From Acidobacteriota bacterium (GTDB lineage: Bacteria; Acidobacteriota; CAIWXX01), in NCBI GenBank assembly GCA_040755995.1, contig JBFMAF010000055.1, forward strand, positions 96,001-160,000: a stretch of 64,000 nucleotides of DNA, given 5' to 3'. Position numbers and translations under genes: made by a program. Of the stretch, positions 30,433-39,666 are shown piece after piece. The notes beneath the pieces were generated by a model. The model searched no databases. It saw only the letters and a program-made list of their open reading frames with translations, and was not told the origin of the DNA. The number at the start of each line of letters is the position of its first letter. Positions within the stretch are counted from its first letter, which is position 1.

Positions 30433-31782
30433 TCAGACATGCATCGTCTTGGCCATGGCCTGAAACCCGGCTTCCAGGAAGCTCTCGCTCACGGTCGGAT
30501 GAGCGTGGATTACGCGGGTCAGATCATCCAGCGTGCCCTCGGTCCTCATGCACATTACCGCCTCTGCGATCAAGTCCGACGCGCGGGTTGCCACAATATG
30601 GACCCCGAGCAGCTCGCCGAATCTCTGATCGGCCAGAATCTTCACGAAGCCCTCCGTCGACGCCTCCACCACCGCCTTGCTGTTCGCCGACATCGGAAAC
30701 TCGCCCTTCACGTACTCGACACCACGCGATTGAAGCGTCTCCTCCGTAGCGCCTACCATGCTGATCTCCGGATCCATGTAAATGGTCGACGGAACGCGGC
30801 CCATGTCGATCGGGTCCCTCAGTCCCGCGATGTGATTGACCGCGCAAATCGCCTGTGCAGACGCCAGGCTTGCAGACATGCCGCCGGCGACATCACCGAT
30901 GGCGTAGACGGACGGCACGCTGGTCTGCATGAAATCGTTCGTGCGGATGAAGCCGTCCGCCAGGTCGAGGGGCACGTCGTCCATCGGAGGCAGCACGGCC
31001 TGCCGTGGGCTGCAGTTGACGATGAGATCGCACCGGACCCTCTCCGAGCCCGTATGCGCGATCCCGTTTCTCACCCGGCTGATCCTGCTCCCGGCCAGAA
31101 CCCGAACGCCGCTCTGGCGGAACTTGTGTGCGATGAAGTCCCGGCACGCGCCGTCCAGCCACGGCACGAGCTCCTTGTCGGGCGAGACAATCGTCACTGT
31201 TCTCCCGATGAGTCGCAGCAAGCTGGCAAGCTCGCACGCTATCGTGCCTCCACCGGCCAGCACGATCCTCTCGGGAATGCTCTTGCGAGCATAGAACTCG
31301 TCGATCTCTGCAACGATGCCGCGAGGCAGATCGGCCACGGCGGTCCGGCCCGGACGCGAGCCAGTCGCGATGATCGTCCTGCCTGCAGCGTAGGTCTCTT
31401 TCCCCACGCGGACAGAACCGGGGTCGACAAGGCGCCCCTCGCCTGCAACCACCTCGACCCGATGCTTCTCCATCAGGGACCCGATATCGGCCACCAACTT
31501 GCGCACAAGCCGGTCCTTCTCCGCGACGGCCTTCTTCCAGTTGAACGTGAGCCGGGAAGCCTCAATACCGTCGATCCCGAACGCTGACGCCTGCCCGATG
31601 CGCCGGTATAGGCGACCCGCTTCCATGAGGCGGCGCGACGGCACGCACCCCCAGTTCATGCACATCCCGCCCAGCCTGTCCTTCTCGACTACGGCCGTTC
31701 GCATGCCGAGCTGCGCTGCGCGTGCGGCCGCGGTGTAACCGCCAGGCCCGGCTCCGATCACGATCACGTCAAAGCTCTGCAT
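30433..31782 (-). CDS. lpdA: dihydrolipoyl dehydrogenase (E3)
   Basis: GAGPGGY, GGMCMNWGCVPS, YAIGDV, HAHPTVSE. Confidence 0.9.
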   Translation of the reverse strand: MQSFDVIVIGAGPGGYTAAARAAQLGMRTAVVEKDRLGGMCMNWGCVPSRRLMEAGRLYRRIGQASAFGIDGIEASRLTFNWKKAVAEKDRLVRKLVADIGSLMEKHRVEVVAGEGRLVDPGSVRVGKETYAAGRTIIATGSRPGRTAVADLPRGIVAEIDEFYARKSIPERIVLAGGGTIACELASLLRLIGRTVTIVSPDKELVPWLDGACRDFIAHKFRQSGVRVLAGSRISRVRNGIAHTGSERVRCDLIVNCSPRQAVLPPMDDVPLDLADGFIRTNDFMQTSVPSVYAIGDVAGGMSASLASAQAICAVNHIAGLRDPIDMGRVPSTIYMDPEISMVGATEETLQSRGVEYVKGEFPMSANSKAVVEASTEGFVKILADQRFGELLGVHIVATRASDLIAEAVMCMRTEGTLDDLTRVIHAHPTVSESFLEAGFQAMAKTMHV

Positions 31783-31791
31783 TGGTGCTCC

Positions 31792-33072
31792 TCACATCAG
31801 CAACATCGTCACCGGATCTGAAAGCAGACCCATCAGCTCGAGCATGAACCGGCTTGCCTCAGCGCCGTCCACGATCCGATGGTCGGCGCTCAGCGAGAGC
31901 GGCAGGATGTGCCCCGCCACGACCTGTCCGCCCCTGACAACCGGCCGCTCAAGCACACGGCCGACACCGAGTATCGCAACCTCGGGAAAATTGATGATCG
32001 GCACGCCGTGTGTGCCGGCGATCGCGCCGTAGTTGGTGATCGTGAACGTCCCGCCGCGGATCTCGGTGAGGGCCAGCCTGCGTTCGCGCGCGCGCGCGGC
32101 GAAATCGGCGATGCTGGTGGACAGTTCGGCGATGCTCTTCCGGTCCGCGTCGCGGAGGACCGGCACGACGAGACCGTCCGGCGAGTCTACGGCGATGCCG
32201 ATGTGGCAGTAGTTCTGGTAGATTATGCGGTTGTTCTCGACATCAAGCCGGCAGTTCAGCTTCCGATGCTTCTTCAGAGCCAGCACGACCGCGCGGACGA
32301 TGAACGGCAGGTAGGACAGTTTCACTCCGTGCGCCGCCATCGCATCCTTGGCCTCGTGCCTCATCTGCACGAGCCTGCTCACCTCGACCTCCTCATGCAC
32401 CGTCATGTGGGGCGCCGTGAACTTGCTCTGCACCATCTTCGCCATTATGGTCTTGCGGATCTGGCTGAGCTCCTCGTACTCGACCGCAGCCGCAGGCGGC
32501 GTTGTCACTGCGGGAAGCGGCGCAGCGGGAGGCGCTGGTGTGGCCCGAGGCGCTCCGTGCGCCTGCAGGATATCGTCCTTGAGCACACGGCCGCCCGGCC
32601 CGGTGCCCCTGATCGCCCGTATGTCGACTCCCATCTGCTGGGCCACGCGGCGCGCCACGGGGCTCGCCAGCACCTTGAGCTGTGACGAAGGGATCTCGGG
32701 CGCACTCACATGCTCCATACCCTCGCCCGTCGCGGGGAGAAAGGCGTCGCTCTGGGCCGCTTCGATCTGGCCGACGACGCCGAAGCCGCCCTCCTCGACC
32801 TTCTCCACCTTGGCGGAGGCCGCGGCCGCTGCGGGGTCCATCTCGAGCTCGGCCAGCACGTCGCCGACGTTGATCGTCTGTCCGACCGAGCCGAACAGGT
32901 TCTTCACCAGGCCTGTGCGGGGAGCCGGTATATCGGCCACGACCTTGTCCGTCTCGACCTTCACGAGCGAGTCGCCTTCCTTGATCGTCTGCCCGCGAGA
33001 CGCATACCACTCGAGTATCTTCCCCTCGTGAATCCCCTCGCCGATGTCAGGAAACTTGAACACGAATATCAT
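31792..33072 (-). CDS. pdhC: dihydrolipoamide acyltransferase (E2), single lipoyl domain
   Basis: FPDIGEGIHEG, VETDKV, ASPVARR, DHRIVDG. Confidence 0.88.
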   Translation of the reverse strand: MIFVFKFPDIGEGIHEGKILEWYASRGQTIKEGDSLVKVETDKVVADIPAPRTGLVKNLFGSVGQTINVGDVLAELEMDPAAAAASAKVEKVEEGGFGVVGQIEAAQSDAFLPATGEGMEHVSAPEIPSSQLKVLASPVARRVAQQMGVDIRAIRGTGPGGRVLKDDILQAHGAPRATPAPPAAPLPAVTTPPAAAVEYEELSQIRKTIMAKMVQSKFTAPHMTVHEEVEVSRLVQMRHEAKDAMAAHGVKLSYLPFIVRAVVLALKKHRKLNCRLDVENNRIIYQNYCHIGIAVDSPDGLVVPVLRDADRKSIAELSTSIADFAARARERRLALTEIRGGTFTITNYGAIAGTHGVPIINFPEVAILGVGRVLERPVVRGGQVVAGHILPLSLSADHRIVDGAEASRFMLELMGLLSDPVTMLLM

Positions 33073-33116
33073 GACCAACCCTCGGGATGACTATCTAGGA
33101 TCCGGCCGCGGGATCA

Positions 33117-34100
33117 TCACGGTCTGGCGGCGAGGACCCGCTTTACCTCGTATGCCACTCGTTCCGGGCCGAAGAAGTACAGGTCTTCGCTCTTCGGCAG
33201 CGGCGGCGGAGTATCGTGGCCTGCAAGCCGCGCAGGCGGGGCTTCCAGATAGTAGAACGCCTCCTGCGTGACCCGGGCAATGATCTCGGCGGCGGCCCCG
33301 TAGCTCTCCGGCGCCTCGTGTACCACCAGCAGATGTCCGGTCCTCTTCACGGAGGCGACGATCGTGGCGGTGTCGAGCGGGTAGAGCGACCGCGCGTCGA
33401 TCAGCTCGACCGCGATCGACTCCTTCTTGAGCTCGATCATCGCCTGCTGAACGATTCTCACGATCGCGCCATAGGCGACGACGGTGATGTTGCCGCCCTC
33501 GGAAAGCAATCGAGCCTTCCCGATCGGGATCCGATAGAGACCCTCCGGAACCTCCTGCTTGATCGCCCTGTAGATTCGCTTGGGTTCCATGAAGATCACC
33601 GGGTCGTCATCTTCGATTGCGCTGATCAGAAGCCCCTTGGCATCGTAGGGTGTCGACGGCATCACGACCTTGAGCCCCGGGATGTGGCCGAAGAGCGCCT
33701 CCGGGCTGTCGCTATGCAGCTCGAGCGCCCGCACACCTCCGCCGCTCGGGAACCGTATGACAATCGGCATCGGCATCCGGCCTCTGGTGCGGTAGCGGAA
33801 CCGGGACACGTGCGAGACGATCTGGTTGAAGGCCGGGTGCACGAATCCGTCGAACTGAATCTCGACGACGGGACGCAGGCCCGCTATCGCCATGCCGACC
33901 GCCGTGCCAACCACGGATGACTCGGCCAGCGGCGTGTCGAAGACGCGCCTCCTGCCGTACTTGCTCTGCAAGTTCTCAGTCACCCGGAAGACGCCGCCCT
34001 CGACTCCTAGGTCCTCGCCGTAACAGAGCACTCTCTCGTCATCCGCCAGCTTCGAGTCCAGCGCCGAATTGATCGCCTGGACCATCGTCATGACAGGCAT
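33117..34100 (-). CDS. pdhB: 2-oxoacid dehydrogenase E1 beta
   Basis: GEDLG..GGVFRVT, DTPLAES, EIQF, HSDSPE, PSTPYDAKGLL. Confidence 0.88.
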   Translation of the reverse strand: MPVMTMVQAINSALDSKLADDERVLCYGEDLGVEGGVFRVTENLQSKYGRRRVFDTPLAESSVVGTAVGMAIAGLRPVVEIQFDGFVHPAFNQIVSHVSRFRYRTRGRMPMPIVIRFPSGGGVRALELHSDSPEALFGHIPGLKVVMPSTPYDAKGLLISAIEDDDPVIFMEPKRIYRAIKQEVPEGLYRIPIGKARLLSEGGNITVVAYGAIVRIVQQAMIELKKESIAVELIDARSLYPLDTATIVASVKRTGHLLVVHEAPESYGAAAEIIARVTQEAFYYLEAPPARLAGHDTPPPLPKSEDLYFFGPERVAYEVKRVLAARP

Positions 34101-35264
34101 CTAGCTCGACTCCTTCCACTTCAGAAACGTCTTGAGCGCGTTCTTCTGTGCCTGGAGCTCCGGAGTCAGTTCGGCGAACGCGTGGCGGAAGATCTCGTCT
34201 GCGTCGTTGGGCGGGAGGGCCTCGGCCTCGCGGGAGCCCTGATCCGCCTTGCGGCCGGCATCCTCCAAGGCTGCGCTCTCCAGGCTCTCATTCCACAGCC
34301 CGGCCGCCTCGAGATAGCGCCTGACGCGGAGCAGCGGATCCCGGCCCTTCCACGCTTCCTCTTCGGCTTTCTCGCGATATCGGCCCGGATCATCAGACGT
34401 CGTGTGCGCGCCCATGCGATAGGTTTCGGCTTCGATGAGCACGGGCCCGCGTCCCGACCGCGCGTGGTGCGCGGCCTCGCGAGTGGCCCGGTACACTGCG
34501 AAGAGATCGTTGCCGTCGATCTGAATTCCGGGGATGCCGTACGCGATCGCCTTCTGTGCGATCGTCTCGGACCTGGTTTGGTCCCGGCGCGGACAGGAGA
34601 TCGCGTACTGGTTGTTATTGCAGAAGAATATCACGGGGCAATTGAACACGGCCGACCAGTTGAGCGCCTCGTGGAAGTCGCCTTCCGACGTTCCACCGTC
34701 GCCGAAATAGGAGATCACTACGTCAGAGCCACCCCGGTAGGCGATGGCGTGGCCGATGCCGGCGGCGTGGAGGAGCTGCGTAGAGATTGGGACGCAGATT
34801 GGAAGGATGCGGGTATCCGGCGGGAAGACGTTACCGTATTCGCTGCCCGCGTACCAGAGGTAGACGACCTTCAACGGCACGCCCTTCCAGAGCCACGCGC
34901 CCAGCTCGCGGTAGGCGGGGACCATCCAGTCGGTCTTCTCGAGGGCCATTGCGCTGCCGACCGCCGCTGCCTCCTGCCCCAGATTCGGCGGCAGCGTGTA
35001 GAGCCGCCCCTGGCGCTGGAGCGAGACCGCTTTGGTGTCGGCCACGCGAGCCAGGACCATCGCGCGGTAGGCCTCCAGGATAGCCTCAGGACCGAGATCC
35101 GGCATCCACTGCTTGTCCACGATAGCGCCGCTCTCGTCGAGGATGCTGAGCTTGGCGCCACGCAATGGGTCGAATGCCTCGAAGAGCGATGCCACATCGA
35201 TTCCAGCACGGTCCTCGTGACGATAATCAATCAGCGTACCCTCGCTGACCTGCGCTCGACTCAT
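34101..35264 (-). CDS. pdhA: 2-oxoacid dehydrogenase E1 alpha (Bacillus-type; pyruvate vs branched-chain specificity not resolvable)
   Basis: LQRQGR, GQEA, GDGGTSEG...NNNQYAIS TPP motif, YRMGAHTTSDDP. Confidence 0.85.
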   Translation of the reverse strand: MSRAQVSEGTLIDYRHEDRAGIDVASLFEAFDPLRGAKLSILDESGAIVDKQWMPDLGPEAILEAYRAMVLARVADTKAVSLQRQGRLYTLPPNLGQEAAAVGSAMALEKTDWMVPAYRELGAWLWKGVPLKVVYLWYAGSEYGNVFPPDTRILPICVPISTQLLHAAGIGHAIAYRGGSDVVISYFGDGGTSEGDFHEALNWSAVFNCPVIFFCNNNQYAISCPRRDQTRSETIAQKAIAYGIPGIQIDGNDLFAVYRATREAAHHARSGRGPVLIEAETYRMGAHTTSDDPGRYREKAEEEAWKGRDPLLRVRRYLEAAGLWNESLESAALEDAGRKADQGSREAEALPPNDADEIFRHAFAELTPELQAQKNALKTFLKWKESS

Positions 35265-35291
35265 CCCTCCTAATCCTATCCTGAAGGTATG

Positions 35292-35320
35292 AATATACGA
35301 CAGCCTGCCGGGCTTTGCAA
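35292..35320 (-). promoter_or_regulatory. sigma70 promoter of the pdh operon
   Basis: minus strand TTGCAA-17 nt-TATATT. Confidence 0.55.
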
Positions 35321-35444
35321 GTGCGCCGGGCAGCTGAGCAGCTGACGTCTACCACTTGAAACGATTCTTTGAGGGGGAAGGCGATTCGTGGTACCTTCAG
35401 TACTCGATGCTCGGTCGACGCGCGACGAGAGGGGGTAGGCACGG

Positions 35445-36530
35445 GTGAGCGGCAAGGCGAATCTTCTCGGCTTGGAGAGAGCTGATATTTCGAAGCTCGT
35501 CGAGGAGCTACCTGGCGCGCGGGCTTACACCGCCAGGCAGATCCATGCCTGGATCTATGTGAAACATACACGGCGGTTCGAGGAGATGACGAACCTGCCG
35601 CTCGCTCTGCGGGCCACGCTCGATCAGGCGTTCGAGATCTCGGGGCCGGTGTGCGCGCGAGTCTCTCGATCGGCCGACGGCACCTGCAAGTGTCTGTTCG
35701 AGCTCGCGGATGGCGAGCACGTCGAGTCGGTATGGATTCCTGAGCCGCGCCGAAACACCATGTGCCTGTCTACCCAGGTCGGCTGCAAGATGGGCTGCAC
35801 TTTCTGCGCCACCGGGCGCATGGGCTTTCGGAGGAACCTGGAGAGCGGCGAGATCGTCGGTCAGGCTCTCCACATTCTGGACGACATCGGATACCGTGAT
35901 CGCCGGGTCAACGTCGTATTCATGGGGATGGGCGAGGGGCTGGACAACTACGACGAAGTCATGCGCGCGTTCCGGCTGCTGGCGGATCCGGAGGGCTGCG
36001 CCATCTCCCCGCGCCGCATCACGCTCTCGACGGCCGGCCACGTGCCGGGCATCGAGCGGCTGGCTGCGGAGACGCGATCACCAAAGCTGGCCGTCTCGCT
36101 CAACTCGCCATTCGACGATGAGCGGAGCACCATCATGCCGATCACCAGGAAGTACCCGATCCGGCGTCTCATGGAAGCGGTCCGCAAGTTCATGGAAGCG
36201 CGTCACCCGAACGGGGAACGGGTGCGACTGAATGAGCGAGTCACTTTCGAGTACGTGCTGCTGAAGGGGATCAACGACACGCCGGCGCACGCAGCCGAGC
36301 TGATCCGGCTGCTGCGGGGAGTTCCCGCGAAGCTCAATCTTCTGGCCTACAATCCGCTGCCTGCGCTGCCATACGAGCGGCCTGAGGACTCGCGCGTCGA
36401 GTCGTTCAAGAACGCGCTGCTGGCGGCGAATGTCCCCGTTTCGTTCCGGCGAAGCCGCGGAGTTGACATCGAAGCGGCCTGCGGCCAGCTCGCGACTGCC
36501 ATACGACGCGACGCAGGTCGCACTGTGTAG
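35445..36530 (+). CDS. rlmN: dual-specificity RNA methyltransferase RlmN
   Basis: CLSTQVGCKMGCTFCATG, VFMGMGE, FEYVLL.GIND, DIEAACGQL. Confidence 0.95.
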   Translation: MSGKANLLGLERADISKLVEELPGARAYTARQIHAWIYVKHTRRFEEMTNLPLALRATLDQAFEISGPVCARVSRSADGTCKCLFELADGEHVESVWIPEPRRNTMCLSTQVGCKMGCTFCATGRMGFRRNLESGEIVGQALHILDDIGYRDRRVNVVFMGMGEGLDNYDEVMRAFRLLADPEGCAISPRRITLSTAGHVPGIERLAAETRSPKLAVSLNSPFDDERSTIMPITRKYPIRRLMEAVRKFMEARHPNGERVRLNERVTFEYVLLKGINDTPAHAAELIRLLRGVPAKLNLLAYNPLPALPYERPEDSRVESFKNALLAANVPVSFRRSRGVDIEAACGQLATAIRRDAGRTV

Positions 36531-36580
36531 CCTTGGGCCCGTGCGGGATCGCGATCGCGATCGCACGATCGCGAGCGTGC

Positions 36581-36610
36581 TTGACACTCGCATACTCGCT
36601 GCCCTATATT
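36581..36610 (+). promoter_or_regulatory. sigma70 promoter of the TonB receptor gene
   Basis: TTGACA-18 nt-TATATT. Confidence 0.55.
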
Positions 36611-36745
36611 GACTCGGCAGAATAGCGGGCTTCATCCTCCTTTGCTCGGGCGTCCAGTGCCATCATGTTTGATGTTATGTCGGGCAGCGGCCGTTCCGGA
36701 GATCGGCCTGCCCCTCGTTCATTTATCACATCTAAGGAGAGTAGG

Positions 36746-39562
36746 ATGAGATCACCATGGCGCCAGTTCCTGATCCTCATGATGCTGAGTCTGATGCCTG
36801 TCGGGGGGTGGGCACAGACGACGGGAGGCATCGTCGGGCACGTCGAGGATGAGTCCGGCGCGGTGCTGCCCGGTGTGGCGATCCAGGTGGAGAGCCCGGC
36901 GCTGCAGGGCACCCGCACAGCGTCAACCGACATCTCGGGGGTTTACCGCATCATGCTGCTCCCGCCTGGCGAGTACAAGCTCACCTTCTCGCTCGCGGGC
37001 TTCACCACCGAGGTCGCGGAAGGGCTCATCGTCAGTCTGGACCGTGAGACAACCCTCAATCAAGTGATGAAGGTGGCCAGGACGGCGGAGACCGTTACGG
37101 TCGTGGCTGAAGCGGCCGTGGTGAGCACGACGTCGACGACGCTGGGATCGAACTTCTCCGACCGCGAGATCGAGACGCTGCCGACCGGCCGCAACTACTC
37201 GGCGGTGGTCCAGGTTGCGCCCGGGACGTCCTCGGACGCGAACTGGGAGAACGAGTCGCAGAGCACGGTCACCGTGTATGGCTCCTCCGGCGCCGAAAAC
37301 GCCTTCTTCATCGACGGGGTGAACACGACGGGTGTCGAGTACGGTTTCCAGGGGAAGGATCTGAATTTCGAGTTCATACAGGAAATCGACGTGAAGACGG
37401 GCGGCTACGAGGCCGAATACGGGAAGTCGACCGGTGGAATCATCAACGTGATCACGAAGTCCGGCGGCAACGATTTCCACGGCGACATCTTCACTTACTA
37501 CGACAATGACGGCCTGCAATCGAGCCCGCGCGAGGTCGTGTCGCCACGTGGGACCGTCGAAGGTTTCACCAAACAGGACTACGGTGCCGATCTCTCGGGC
37601 TACATCGTGAGGGACAAGCTCTGGTTCTTCGCGGCAATCGACCGCGTGAGCAACACCACGGACAACAAGCTGCCCGAGGGTGGTCCTAAGGCAGGTGAGA
37701 TCGTCAAGTCAGACAGCACCAGGACGCTCGGCTCATTCAAGGTGACTTACAACCTCAAGGAAGGTCACTCGCTCATCGGCACCTACTTCCAGGACCCGCG
37801 CACGGATACCGGAGCGATCAGCGATGCGGACCACACGCTGAATGGCGACCCGCTGACTTACATGGGCGAGCAGGAATACGGCGGAAGGGACTTCGCCGTT
37901 CGATACGAAGGCCTTGTGGGCTCCTCCTGGCTGTTCTCAGCGCAGGTGGCCCGGCATGCTGAGAAGAACAACATCGGGCCGGAATCCGGCGCGGGGGATA
38001 TCATCGAATACCGCGATGCGGAAAACAACTACTACCAGACGGGCGGGTTCGGGCTCGTTCAGGAGAAAGAATTCTCCAGAACCTTTCTCGGCGCGACCGC
38101 GACCCGGTTCTTCAAGAATCACGAGTTCAAGATGGGCTTCGAGTACGAGATCGAGAAGGCAGACGTGATGAAGCGAATGAGCGGCGGCCAACGGGTCGAC
38201 ATACTCGCCAATCCAGCGGACCCGAGCAAGCCGGTCTACCGCCATTTCTACTGGACCACACCGGACGCGACCATACAGAACGCGCCCACTTCAGCGCTGA
38301 ATGCGCCGCCCGAGCACAAGAACACGACCCTCTTCTTCCAGGATCGATGGAACCTGACCACCAAGTTGACAGTCAACGCCGGCTTGCGCTGGGACCGCCA
38401 GGAGATATTCGATCGATTCGGCGACCGCCAGATCGACCTCTGGAAGGACCTGGCGCCTCGGGTCGGATTCATCTTCGATCCCAAGGCTGATGCGCACTCC
38501 AGGATCTTCGGCTCCTATGGACGGTACTACGAACAGATCCCGATGGACCTGGTGATTCGGTCGTTCACACAGGAGCGCCAGGCCGCGATTTACAACTACG
38601 ATCCAGTGAGTGTGACGCCCGATCCGCAGGCGGAGGCCGACATAGACGACAACTCGAAGATCCTCGGCGGCTACACAGAACCGGCGGATCCGGACCTGAG
38701 GAACCAGTACATGAACGAATTCATCCTCGGGTACGAGCACGAGGTACGCGCAAACATGGCCGTGGGCGTGAAGGGCATTTACCGGTACTATGGACGCGTC
38801 ATTGAGGACTTCCTTGGGTCGAGCGATGGGACGTACTACATCGGCAACCCGGGCAAGGGCTTCATGAAGGAGATCTGGACCCTGGACTACGCCCACACTT
38901 ATCCCGCTCCGAAACCGGAGCGTGTATACAAGGGAATCCAGATCGACGTGAACAAGCGTTTCAGCAACAACTGGCAGGGACTCGTGTCCTACATCTACTC
39001 GCGTATCGACGGCAACTTCGACGGCGAGTACGCTCCTTTCACCAACGTCGGCGCAGATCCCAACATCTCTGCAACGTATGACTACTACGACTTCTTCACC
39101 GACGGGCGGGACCTCTCGAAGATCACCAACGACGGTCCGCTCTCGAACGACCGGCACCACCAGTTCAAGTTCTCGGGCGTGTACATGACGCCGTACAGGA
39201 TTTCGATCGGCGTGAGCGGCTACGTGCGCTCGGGCCTGCCCATCACTCGTTACGGGTACTCCGACGCATACGGCCGCTACGAGTTCTTTCTGACGAAGCG
39301 CGGCGCAGAGGGTAGAACGCCGGTCACATACGAGACGGACTTGCACGTGGGCTACCCGATACAGATAGGCGCCGTCAGCATCAACCTGATGGGGGACATC
39401 TTCAGCCTCTTCAACGCCAGGCGCGCCGTTCTTCTCGATCAGCGATGGGGCTTCCAGGAAGCCGACAACGCGTCGCCGACTCCGGTGAACCCAGACTACC
39501 TCAAGCCCGTCCTGCGTACACCTCCCAGGACACTGCGACTGGGACTCAGGATCAGCTTCTGA
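36746..39562 (+). CDS. TonB-dependent receptor, Oar-like, with N-terminal carboxypeptidase-regulatory-like domain
   Basis: signal peptide, G.V.DESGAVLPGV, GGYEAEYG.STGGIINVITKSG, RDKLWFF, C-terminal LRLGLRISF; AAGGAG RBS. Confidence 0.92.
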   Translation: MRSPWRQFLILMMLSLMPVGGWAQTTGGIVGHVEDESGAVLPGVAIQVESPALQGTRTASTDISGVYRIMLLPPGEYKLTFSLAGFTTEVAEGLIVSLDRETTLNQVMKVARTAETVTVVAEAAVVSTTSTTLGSNFSDREIETLPTGRNYSAVVQVAPGTSSDANWENESQSTVTVYGSSGAENAFFIDGVNTTGVEYGFQGKDLNFEFIQEIDVKTGGYEAEYGKSTGGIINVITKSGGNDFHGDIFTYYDNDGLQSSPREVVSPRGTVEGFTKQDYGADLSGYIVRDKLWFFAAIDRVSNTTDNKLPEGGPKAGEIVKSDSTRTLGSFKVTYNLKEGHSLIGTYFQDPRTDTGAISDADHTLNGDPLTYMGEQEYGGRDFAVRYEGLVGSSWLFSAQVARHAEKNNIGPESGAGDIIEYRDAENNYYQTGGFGLVQEKEFSRTFLGATATRFFKNHEFKMGFEYEIEKADVMKRMSGGQRVDILANPADPSKPVYRHFYWTTPDATIQNAPTSALNAPPEHKNTTLFFQDRWNLTTKLTVNAGLRWDRQEIFDRFGDRQIDLWKDLAPRVGFIFDPKADAHSRIFGSYGRYYEQIPMDLVIRSFTQERQAAIYNYDPVSVTPDPQAEADIDDNSKILGGYTEPADPDLRNQYMNEFILGYEHEVRANMAVGVKGIYRYYGRVIEDFLGSSDGTYYIGNPGKGFMKEIWTLDYAHTYPAPKPERVYKGIQIDVNKRFSNNWQGLVSYIYSRIDGNFDGEYAPFTNVGADPNISATYDYYDFFTDGRDLSKITNDGPLSNDRHHQFKFSGVYMTPYRISIGVSGYVRSGLPITRYGYSDAYGRYEFFLTKRGAEGRTPVTYETDLHVGYPIQIGAVSINLMGDIFSLFNARRAVLLDQRWGFQEADNASPTPVNPDYLKPVLRTPPRTLRLGLRISF

Positions 39563-39666
39563 TACTGGACTGGCTCGGATGGGTGGGCACAAGTGAGGGA
39601 GGCAAAGCGGCAGTGCCTCCGGCGAAAAGCGCCGGCCGGATTGCCGAGTCCTGAGAACCATTCTCC

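Noticed and set aside
36547..36573. Overlapping GCGATCGC (HIP1-like) palindromes before the TonB receptor promoter
   Set aside because: Single local GATCGC expansion; no visible window-wide enrichment.
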